This document shows, piece after piece, positions 13,201 to 24,149 of a stretch of 64,000 nt of DNA. The DNA is from Trichinella spiralis (lineage: Eukaryota). The stretch spans positions 1,213,527 through 1,277,526 of the forward strand of contig NW_003526940.1 in assembly GCF_000181795.1 (NCBI RefSeq), read 5' to 3'. The notes under the pieces were generated by a model, which had not been told where the DNA came from, searched no databases, and saw only the letters and a program-made list of their open reading frames with translations. Numbering within the stretch: the stretch's first letter is position 1; each line of letters opens with the position of its first letter. Position numbers and translations under genes: made by a program.

Positions 13201-14097
13201 GGGACACTAGACGAACAAAGCACATTTATTAAAATATAATTTTTCTCTTTTTGTTCTCAAACGCTATTTATTATTAGCTGTTACAATAGAAAATACCAAC
13301 CTGGGCCGGTTGTATACTGACGACCATGCATTCAGAATCGTCATCACTGTTTACACGGATTACCACGCGATCAACATCTTCGGGAAATTTGAAAAACAAA
13401 AACTGCGGCTGCGGTGGACTGGCGGTGAGATTTATTGGACGATTGATTCTTGAAATTTAAATATTTTTCAAAATAAAACTGGCCCCAAAACAACAAACTT
13501 TGTCGAATTACTGCAGTTGAAAATTTTCGGTCCTTGTGGCCAGAACGGTAAAATTCAACAAATGCGGACTGTTGGTGCTCAGTTCGACGTAAAGCCAACG
13601 ATCGACTGCCGGCAAATCTTCCACCGCGTCAACATCCGGACACAACGTTCTACTGACAATGTTGTATTGAAATCTGTAAAAACCAAACGTGTCGAAATAT
13701 TAGCAACTCCACAATATGGGAAAGAAATACTTATTTTCCAATGCCAGAGGCACTTGCCAGGAGAGGATAGTTTTGGTGTCGCGAACGACAACGAGCAACG
13801 GCCATTGCAATCTAGCATCTGAACTTTGCACAGAAATTCGAATAACATCTCGCTAAATTCAAAAAAAACATAATAAATCCATTCAAATAAATAAATATAT
13901 TTATATTGATACAAAATTACAGTAAACGTTCGATTGAATGCAAGCCTGAGTACGTTGCTTCCACGAGATGCGACCGCGCCTGAATACAGCTTGCCGTATT
14001 GCCATTGAATATCATCAGCCAAATTCCATCGAAACAACTTCAGAGCACAAAATATCAACCAAAGCAAATGTTGCGCAGATAAATGGAAGAAATTCAT
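10212..14097 (-). CDS. SID-1 transmembrane family protein (SIDT1/2 / CHUP-1-like), multi-exon
   Basis: Family motifs: [115 protein letters not shown]-terminal IPVF. Signal-peptide-like N-terminus [21 protein letters not shown]. Confidence 0.92.
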
Positions 14098-15091
14098 CGA
14101 CAAGGAGTGTTTTTAGCAAATTTTCAATTCAGCATGACATTTCTAAATTCTGAATAAAAAATAAATTTTAATATCTTTTGAAATTTATTTATAATTTTTC
14201 AAAAAAATGAAACACACTTTTTCCAACTGATAAATAATGCAGTTTACAACTGAGGTTGAAAATTTACAAATGCTATTAAATGAAAGAAACTGGCTTCCAT
14301 CTTTTCTTTTGAATTATTCTCATCATTATTATTCACAAACATCCATAGCCATATGAATACAAAACAAAATAATGCAAATTACAAAACAGCTCTTTGCCAT
14401 CTAAAAATTAACTTCAAAATAATAAATAAAATTACAGCAAATATGTCGATGAGATTTTTTCATTTGTTTGCCTTCATGGGTTGATAAAAAGAGTGAACTT
14501 GTGCAAAAAAGTAATTTGTATAAATGATATAAAAAATTTTGAAATGTCAAAAATCAAATCCCTCCTCCAACCACAAGCTTACGAAAGCATAATCGAATAA
14601 CATATACTATGACTTTTTTCATAGCCAATTACCATTCATACACCAAAGCTGAAATAGTATTCAGCTCCCAAATATAAGTTAATATGAATAAAAAATAAAA
14701 TTATCATACACTCAGTCAAATGTATCTGCAAAATTTAGCTAATTCATTAAAAGTTTCTCTTGAAAAAACACTACCAGCGTGCGATACATCACTATCTCTT
14801 CAAACCTAATTCGTCTACAGTGATCAATGAAAATCAAGCTTTAATAAAACAATCTTTAAAAATACATGCGAATTTGATTTCATTAACATATTAACAAATA
14901 ATTTATTTCCAAATAAATTTATACTGAAGCAATAATCAAAACGGGACATCCACTATAACTTTATGCAGGGACAATTTTACAATAAACAAAAGCATGACAG
15001 TTTCTTTTTTTGTAACCATTAGAAATTTCTCACAATTTCATTTTCATTTATTCCAATTTTATTGGTATAAATCTATATTGCAAACGCAAAA

Positions 15092-15460
15092 TTACGAAAT
15101 ATTTAATTTAAGCCGACTTTTAATTTCTTCTGCTGTATTTAAACTTTCTTGAATTTTTTTTTCACAAGCAAGCACCTCTTCTTGCAGTTTCCAAGACATC
15201 ATTTGACATTTATTCAGATATTCGAACGCAAGCATTGTCTCACTGTTCACTTTGAATTTTGTGGATTTATTGCTTTCACTGTCCATGTCAGCATTTTCAC
15301 TTTCTACTATAGTACACCAATCATTTTCAGTAAAATCGGTGAAAATGCAATCGTCCGGCTGTACACCACTGATATCTTCGAGTATCTGTTCTTCGCTTAA
15401 ATTAACAGCACAATCCATTGGAGGCAGTGGCATATCGGCTTTTAAATCAAAAAATTTCAT
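15092..15460 (-). CDS. UPF0449 / C19orf25-like small coiled-coil protein (intronless; alternative start ATG at 15433)
   Basis: LPPMDCAVNLSEEQILEDISGVQPDDCIFT resembles the UPF0449 N-terminal motif as I recall it (LP...P.VEQILEDV.GA..EDPVFT). An acidic linker and a C-terminal coiled coil follow; 122 aa fits the family size. Confidence 0.65.
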   Translation of the reverse strand: MKFFDLKADMPLPPMDCAVNLSEEQILEDISGVQPDDCIFTDFTENDWCTIVESENADMDSESNKSTKFKVNSETMLAFEYLNKCQMMSWKLQEEVLACEKKIQESLNTAEEIKSRLKLNIS

Positions 15461-15736
15461 TTAAGTAAAAGTATCTATTTCTTCACAGAAATACTTGTCG
15501 ACCTTTGACAGAAACTTTGCCGAATATTGCGCAATTACTGTACCTGTGTAAACACTTCCGCTTAACACAATAATAACTTTCAGTAAAAAGAACGGTTCAA
15601 CGTAAGGTCGCCTTCTTGAATACTGAGATGATGATGAACTGCAGCTCGCTTTAAAAGTGCGGAAATGGTTGTTTAACTTCTTGAAAGTACAAAAGTTATG
15701 GCAAAATGTAATCAAGTTTCTTTTAATTATAAGCAT
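15461..15736 (-). CDS. SMDT1: EMRE-like essential MCU regulator (SMDT1/DDDD family), intronless
   Basis: Basic/Ser-rich, acid-free presequence-like N-terminus. RPYVEPFFLLKVIIVLSGSVYTGTVIAQYSAKFLSKVDKYFCEEID matches the EMRE pattern (KP...FGLL+V.......YVG..I....A..L...D.F + acidic tail). Single TM helix, 91 aa. Confidence 0.65.
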   Translation of the reverse strand: MLIIKRNLITFCHNFCTFKKLNNHFRTFKASCSSSSSQYSRRRPYVEPFFLLKVIIVLSGSVYTGTVIAQYSAKFLSKVDKYFCEEIDTFT

Positions 15737-16603
15737 AAAAATAATCTGTTCTCATATTTCCAAATCAGCATTGCAGGACTCCAAGAAAGCACTGTTTATC
15801 TAAAGATGATAAAATTATGATGATAAAAGCACGCGAAAGTCAATATATTTAACTGCATTTTGCCTAATAACTCATCATTCAAAACGAAAACTACGCGAAA
15901 AACAAATAATTACCATTTCATGACATGAAACAAACAAGATAATGTTGAACTCTCTTCTTCGGGATCTACAAGCAAAGTTACAGTATCAATCGATCTGCAA
16001 GTATAAATTCAGTGTTTGACAAGGTTTATTGCAATGAACAATTTACTGAAGCAGAACTTTTCCATATTGTATGAAATATTATTAATTTTGGTAGAGTTCA
16101 ACATACTGTCAATGTCAGGAAAACTGTAAAAAGAGAGTGCGCAACGAATTGTTAAATTCAACAAAAATCATTTTGAAAATATCATCTGAAATGTTTCTAT
16201 TGTATTGTGGAAATGATAAAAAATTGTAAAACTATTTCTCCATAAGATGTAAATTTATTGTCAAACGACAGACACCAACAATAATGTTTCAATTAGCAGT
16301 ACTTTTTGTGCAATTTTAAAATTTGAGATATTTTCTAATGGTAAGTTTCACATTTCAAGCTTTGGTAGTGAAATTTCGCAAGAAAATGTTCTAAATCATT
16401 AATTACAACTGAAAAATGCTTTGTTTTATTCTTCTTCTTCTTACTTGATCCATTTATTCAACAGATTACAATGTGTAGTGTTCAATAAGCAATAAAGTAA
16501 TTTTTCAAATAATGAAATTAATTTTAAAAAATTTTCAAATCATCTTGTACAAAAGGATTCATAAATTTCGAAGAATGACCGAATTCAAGTTGAAACTTTT
16601 TCT

Positions 16604-19600
16604 TCATTCATCACTGCTAACCTCAGTGGTATCCATGTTTTCCTAAATGAAATGAAATATTCAATAACAGAAAAACGAAATTATTCATCTGAATCCAACT
16701 AACATCCGATGAAGAGTCTGAATCTTCGATAATTTCACGAGATTTTATTTTCGACGCTTTGACTGGTGTTGATGATTTACTACTCCTACAAAAAATAAAA
16801 AATTCAAAAATTTACTTTTTGAAAAGAAAATATGAATGTAAAGTGCAACAAATTACTTGGTTGCAACAATATTACCACCACCCTTCTTTTTGAATTCTTT
16901 CAACTCATCCAAATATCGTCTCCGGTCCACAGCAGCTAAATTTTCCCATTTCTAAAAAAAGTAGCTCATATATATATTTTTTTTTTCATTCATCATTCAG
17001 ATTATCCGAAAAAAAGGAAAAAAAAACATGCTTCTCAATGCTTACACTTTTGTCTTTCAATTTTTTCCACTGTTCAGCGGCTGCTTTGGAAACATCCGCA
17101 AAAGACATGCCAGGTTTTTTAAATTTGGACCGATTTTCCATTAAATAAAACATATAAGCGCTCTTATTGCGTTTCGGCCCTTCTTTGACTTTCTTCTGCT
17201 TCTTCGGTTTGGGCGGTTGAACAGCCTGAAAAAGAAAACAATGACAACATTATAAATTTTGCAATTAAGCAAAATTAATCAAGTTTAATAAATAAAGTTA
17301 ACCTTTTTATTATGAGCTTTTTTCGGCTTTGGTTTTTCATCATCGTATTCTTCTTCCTCCTCCTCTTCCTGATCATCATCATCATCATCATTATTATCAT
17401 CATCGCTGTCGTCGTCATCTTTTTCTTCATCACTTTCAGCGGATGAAGAAGATTTCGCCTTTTTCGAAACGTTCTTCGTCTTCTGCTTATTCTTCTCTTC
17501 TTGATCACTTGACTCGTCTTCACTTCCGCCACTGGCTTCTGAATCACTCGAAGATGACGACGATTCGCTGCTATTTTTTCGAACTTCTCCTTTTTCCGGA
17601 TCATAATCACTATCTTCTGCAAAAATCAAATGCAAATCATATATTGCTAACAATTTTCAACCGTTGAGAAAAAAAATCAAATGAAAAACAAATTCCATTT
17701 ACTAGATATTTCATTTCATAATAATATATGTATTCAAAAAATACATTTAATTTCAAAAAGAAAATCAAACATAATAACAATAACATTTGGATAATAATTG
17801 GTCATGTTCTTACCGGACTCGTCAGAGTCATTTTCATTATTTTCCTCTTTTTCCCTTGCTTCACTTTTCAACTGCTCTGCATAATGGTCGCGCTCGCCTT
17901 CTTCATCGCTACTTCCTTTGAATAAATTTTCAGTTGTTTCCTGAAAATATAAGTTTAAAAATACATAAATAAATTCAATAAATATGCAAACTTTTCATAT
18001 TATGCAATTAATTGATTCTAATTAATTTGAATTTCCATATTACTTACCAAACGTTTGCCAGTATTTGTTATATTAATGCCTTTGCTAACAACAAAGTCGT
18101 ACAATTTTCCATATTCTTCTCTACAAAAAGCAAACAATATATATATATACAATCAGATCAACAATTAATTTTGCATGCATTATGCGTGCAATTTTACTTC
18201 ATAATGCTTGTGAATGTAAAAATATTGCCTTGTTTGGTTTGAATTTCAAAATCAAATGATTTCGTAGTGACGTGAGAACGAGCAAAATTGATGCATGAAA
18301 TTTCCTCCAGTCGCACGTATACTGGTGGCTTGTGAACATACAGAAAGCCATGCTGCAACGGATACAAAAATCCACCAGCGGACTTGTACGCGCAGCCGAC
18401 TGCCGGTGTTCCGGTGTGCCTGAATTGAAAAAAAATCAAAATTTATTTTAAAAATAAATTACAGCAAAAAACCATATTTCATACCCAACAAAATTTCCTG
18501 GAACTGTGATTTGCTTTCGAACTAGGCATTTCATTATACGAGAAATAATTTCAAACAATGGACCGCTCAATTGACGCGGCAGTTCACCGTTGTATTTCTC
18601 TTTCAAAACATCCCTAGACAAAATTATTAAAAAAACTGAATTACTCATTATTCTTTTTAAAGCAATTAATTATAATTACTCGGGCAAGCCAAGTTCTAGA
18701 TCAACTTCATCATCTTTCAATATGTCCATGATGAGAAAATGATAGCGCGTTTGACCTTGTTTTACAGGTGGATCCAAACCTATCTAATAATTGAAAAAAA
18801 AATTTATTTTATTTTTAATAATCGTCCTACTGCTAATGATCATAATTTCAGGACAAAATTTTTAATAAATAAAATGAAAAAAAACGAACCACGAAAAACA
18901 TCCTTCTTCCATCTTGATGCGGCAGCAAAAATAAACGCAAAATAGACGAAATCGGTATTTTATAATCAAAAGTTTTCCCATGTAAAGCAAGCATTGTTGG
19001 ATAAATTTTTATGTCATAACGACCTCTGCAATGAAATAAATTAAATATTTTTTTGAATTAAACAGTTTCTTTTAATAAATAATAAAAGCAAACCTCGGTG
19101 TAGCACATAACACTTGCTCCAGTACGGCCAATTCTTTACCAGATTCTTTTAGGAAACCAGCTTTTTCAGCAATTTTCCTTTTAAATTCCTAAATAATAAA
19201 TCAAATAGCCTTCGTAAAAGGCATAAAATCATCATGCTTGCGCATAGCTAACTTCGGCTGGGTCTTCTTCTGTGTTCGGATCACCAGAAATGTAAAGTCG
19301 CATTTCCATCAATGAAACAGCGCATTCATCGTTCTGATTAAATTCCATAATGACCTCATTCTTTGCAGAACTACAGTTGTTGACGTTGGCTAATGGAATG
19401 TCAAATAACAACTGCCCATCGTTTTCAAATTCAAGTACTGATCCTGAAAAAAAAAATTTCATGCAATTTCAAATTCAAAAAATAACACAACAAACCAATA
19501 AAATTCGCCGTCGCTTGGTTTGTTCCAGTGATGCAAGGTTCAATATTTTTCAATTCCATATTCCAGTTTTTTTTCAAATATGCAGATAAACGATCGAAAT

Positions 19601-20050
19601 CCTAAATTGAAGAAAAAATAAACAATTCAATCTAATTTGGAAACGTACGTCCAAAATTACTACACATATATATATATAATTAGAAAATATTTCAAAAAAT
19701 TTAAATTTACAAAAGAAAAACTTTACTGAGCAATAGCAGTTGAACATGACTTACTGAATCTTTGAATCCACCAAATCTATACATTGGACCACTTTTTAGC
19801 AGGCATTTCAATGCTGGCGAATCAGCTAGCCGAACCCAGTGACAATGATCAATATCACTAGCTGAGATATGTTCGACTTTACCTGTCTTTGTATTCTTGA
19901 AAGTAATACTTTGATTCGACAATTTGATCTTTCCAGGATTCTAAACAATGTCATTGGAAACTCCGAGATTGTAAATGCTTTTCCAATACAAACCAAAAAA
20001 CCCAAATTTTCCATGCAGACGTCATTAAATTCTAACTGAAAATCATTCAT
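16604..20050 (-). CDS. SSRP1: FACT complex subunit SSRP1, multi-exon
   Basis: [94 protein letters not shown], an acidic tract, and an HMG box [40 protein letters not shown]. Stop at 16604-16606. Confidence 0.96.
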
Positions 20051-22854
20051 CGTTATGCAGCCAAAATCTGAAACAAAACAAAAAGCAATCAAAAAATGTA
20101 AATAAAGTGTGATAAATAGCAAACATTTCTTATCAATTTTAACAAATCAGAAAAAATATTATACAGGTTGTTTCGAACATTCATACCATTACATACTCAT
20201 TTAAATCGAAAAATTATGCAACAAAAAATTGCTTTAATCGCGTGTAACTCATACAACACAATTATTAACATAGGTAATATTAACCCAAAATAATAAAACA
20301 GCTCAAAACCATAAATAAAAAAAACATCAAAACATGACATACTCTACTTTCAAACATGCTCATTTCAGAAAAATGATAATACAGGTAAATGATTTTCAGG
20401 TATAATTATTAAATATGTTTTACTTTTGTCAAGTGAATTCCAGTTTTGCGTTAAAAATAATTTTCAGATAAAATATTTTCCAAAGTCACCAAAAAGTTTT
20501 AATAAGATAGCACATAAATTGATGACAATACAGTATAACTACCACGCAAGAACTTGCAACTAGGTATTTCAATTTTGTCGATATTGCACATTTTTAATTT
20601 AAAAAAATAACGAATAAATAAAATAATGCAACTAATTACTTTCATCAGCTTTATTTAAAATATTAATTTTATGAGTTTCATTTTTACATTATCGCTATTA
20701 ACTTGAAATGTTAAAAACTATTAATTAATTAAAATTTTGATGTTAAATTAAGCGATACAACCAATAGCAGTACATATTTTCGCAAAATAATAACTACTGC
20801 CGCGAACGCAACTTGATGTCAATTACAATGGAGAAAACTTCGAATTTCTCTAGGCGCAATTCTGAGTATTCGCACGCGACTGCCACCTTAGCACAATGGA
20901 ACGTGAATCAAAAAAGCTCAGTTCACACCGTTTATTCAATGCAAAACTCAAACACGTGCGAAAAAACACAGACACCGAGACAGTAACACAATTGACTAAC
21001 CCCGGGGAACAAAACATCCAGACACGTCACGCAACCAGTGACCACCACGTGAGTCTACCAGATTCACTATGTATCTCCATTACCGTCTTGAAAAAAATCA
21101 GGTACTTGTATACTGTACCTCGTTTAAAACAACTATGTTACCAAAGTTGTTCATACGTCACATTGTCTAAATATACCTATTATAAATGCAAACACTCTGG
21201 AAATTAGAATTACATTAAAATAAATTTCTTTAAGTGGATGCTAATAATCACTAACAGGAATATATTTATATATCATCATAGCATCTTATTTTATTTTCTT
21301 CTTCATTTTTTATTATTCATTTTGTTGTTCAAGTTTATTTTTATTAAAATGAATTAAAAAAATTCAGCTTCTAATTTTAACGGTTGATCAAAAATCTGCT
21401 CAAATTACGGTCTTCTTAACGTACTTTAATATCAGTATTAGTACAGTATACTATTGTTTTGACGTCACAGTTGGAACGTGTCAGCGTAACGCGTGAAATG
21501 CTACGTTGGCGACTGCGGTGAGATCAGCACCAGTCCCAAAACAGTTCATGGAAATTTCACCGCAATTTTGATGCTACTGCTGCACTGAGGATTTCAGTCC
21601 CTGAACTGACCTGAAGCACTGGTTAAAGAAAGTTTAACAGTTCTTGCAGCTCATAACGTTCGATGAAGATCCACGAAGGACGCCGATTTCACCATGTTTT
21701 CTCATTGGACGCTGATGCCATTCTCTTGGTCACCATGCGCTGCGTCCTAAGTGGAACAAACCATCCTGGATGACTTCGCTTCCAGCCCGCGTGATCTCCT
21801 CTCTGACGCCACTGTGGATAAGGAGGTACTTCACAGAGGGGGTGAGTAAAACTGCCTATCACAAACACTAGCCACTTCGAGCGTCGGTTCTCACGAAAAG
21901 GCCGTTTGCCGTCAGCAAAACAAACAAGCAGTAAGTCAGTCGGGTCTGCTGTGGTGCGACACGTCCAGTGGAATACCTAACCAAGATCAGCTAGCAGTTC
22001 AGTGACTTCACTAAAGAATCGATTGAAGATGGAGATTGATTGACTCAGAAATCGAAATCAGAAAATGTCAATAGAACTTAAAAATTCAGGCAGAGTGTCT
22101 AAGGTGATCGCCGCTTCCCAGTGAAGTTCAGAATACCACCGATGGGATCATTTCAATCATCAGCGCACCACTGAATTCATCTGATAGTTCAGAAATGGAT
22201 GCAAATGAAATGCACAAAATATTCACGTGGTATCATCGCCAGTGCCTGTCTCTAACACCGTCCCCTCGATTAGAAGTGAGGCAAAGGCTGTTTACCATTG
22301 TGAATAATCCTCTGCTCAGCGGCCACTTGAGCACCATCGACTGAACCAGAAGAAGATTATCAGGGCATGCAAATGTTGCCTTGGAAAGAACAGTGCTCTG
22401 ATGCCTACTGACAGCTGCTAAATGAAATTGTTACTGTATTAGTATTAGGAGTGTTACGAAAGGAACTCGAACATCATCTGCCACTTTATCAAAACGAAAG
22501 AAACTCATCTCATGAAGAGGCCTCTGCAGCGGGTGACGTACCATCAGCGGCACATGGTGAAGCAATTGATGCAGGAAATGCACCAAAATTGGCTTTGTGA
22601 GCCATCATCATAACCGTGGTCTTACCCGATGGTTCCTATGAAAAAGAAGGACGGATCATTCAGAATCTGCGTGGACTAACCGCTGCTGTCGTTTCAGCAG
22701 CCCTGAAAATTCTGATGAAAATCAAAACCGTTTAAAGATGGACAACCCTTTTTGAAATTTGATGACACACGAAAAGTCCTGAAGCCCATGAAATGTTTCT
22801 TGAGCATAGACATGGGTAGTGGTTACTGGATGAGGCAGATAAAAAGAAAACTAG

Positions 22855-23109
22855 TGTGACGGCGACCACGAAATTGCACCTGCGTATCACGTTCACTTTT
22901 TTGTATGGCGACCGGCGGTATAAACAAATAGGTCAGCGTGGTGAACGCGGCAGTGTGTGTGGATCGGAGTAGACATACGGCGTGCGAGTCCCGGTTTGTT
23001 GAACATTTGTATTATAGCCATTTTGTATAATCTCTTGTATCCCAGTGTTTATAATAAACTCTCTACATAATAAATGGTGCGGATGAATCGTGCGACTGAC
23101 GGCGCTACA
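22855..23109 (+). mobile_element. Solo LTR (255 bp, TG...CA) with a perfect 4-bp TSD CTAG
   Basis: ctag|TGTGACGGCG...GGCGCTACA|ctag. The duplicate copy at ~34642 has the empty site (a single ctag). Internal TATAAA and AATAAA. Confidence 0.9.
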
Positions 23110-23276
23110 CTAGCTTTCCTTATGGTCTCATATCTGTTCTGAGTGATTGCCTCCAGGTTGTCCAACGCGCTGGCTAGCTTCATCGTCTCATTGTAGTTGT
23201 GCTCTCTGTGTAATTTTACTCTGGTTTACGTTTTTTAGAAAGAGGACACCTCAAAGACGACTATTGCATCAATTAC

Positions 23277-23613
23277 TGTATATAATTCATCGCATAAAAT
23301 TTTGAAAGTTATTCCTAGTCTTTCTAAATCAAAACATTTTTGCGCACTTGACAAAAAGAAATGATAAAGGCCACGGCAGAATCCCTTGATTTTCTGAAAC
23401 CAGTGGCGCTGCTCTGTTATTTCATAAGCTTATATATATACATATTCATTTGAATCTCGTTAATCAGTGTGTTTTTCTGTTCTCTACCTTGTTTGTTACT
23501 TTTATATTTCTGTCTTATTCGTCAACTGTTGTTGACTAGTATATTCTTCTGTCTAATAAAGAATTTTACGCAACCATCATGTTTATATTGAAAATCCTCA
23601 TTGTCATTTTACA
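23277..23613 (+). mobile_element. Solo LTR (337 bp, TGTA...TACA) with a degenerate 5-bp TSD (ATTAC/CTTAC)
   Basis: It interrupts the gypsy LASYYRRF-like motif (IAS|YCR..). TATA run and AATAAA inside. Also present in the duplicate copy at 34795-35131. Confidence 0.7.
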
Positions 23614-24149
23614 CTTACTGCAAGAAGTTTTAAAAAAAGGTTGTCGATCATCACGTCCCTATTGAACTGGCTGTTCAAAAAGGATGCCAAATGTCATTGG
23701 TCGACGGAGTGCCAATCTGCATTTGACATGCTGAAAAATTGCTTTAATAAAAACAACAACAAAGCACAATGAAATTGCAAACATTTTAATGATAAATTAC
23801 ACAAATAATATAATAATATAATGACCAATAATTAATTGATTCAAACATGAGTAGCATATTATATATGTGATCTGATGAGTAGAAATGAGAGCAAAATTAT
23901 TTCAATAGAAATCATTTTAGATTTAATTGAAAGATTTTACAAATAAGATTGTTGTCCACCTGTGGTACCCCTGCCAGATTGGAAAACTATCTGCCGCAGA
24001 TAGGGGCGCTATAGATGATAACTAAATGGGAGTCAGCAACCACTTGATGCGGCCGTATTATTAGATATATACTCATTCAATCGCTAAATTTAAAAATGAC
24101 GTTTCCAAATACATTACCAACGTTACCGGGACCGATTTCCCAACCTTTA

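Larger units (their letters stand above)
21500..23745 (+). mobile_element. Decayed Ty3/gypsy gag-pol relic
   Basis: Degenerate RT motifs: PWSYPMVPMKKKDGSFRICVD* (~22610-22680), SIDMGSGYW (~22803-22830), and the RT/RNase H linker LFKKDAKCHWSTECQSAFDMLK (~23670-23735). PBS-like TGGCGACTGCGG near 21507. Many stops and frameshifts. Confidence 0.8.
20892..24027 (+). repeat. Copy 1 of a ~2.9 kb direct duplication (composite of LTR-retrotransposon relics)
   Basis: Co-linear near-identity with 32682-35546 over its whole length, apart from a 255 bp insertion unique to this copy and small indels. Confidence 0.95.

Noticed and set aside
17275..17667. Alternative-frame ORFs with poly-His, poly-Met or poly-Arg
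   Set aside because: Shadows of the SSRP1 acidic GAT/GAA tract in other frames or on the other strand.
23987..24027. Hairpin CTATCTG-ccg-CAGATAG followed by CTAA at the right end of the duplication, as a possible Helitron 3' end
   Set aside because: The hairpin-to-CTRR distance is longer than typical, the next base is not T, and no matching 5' TC boundary is evident.
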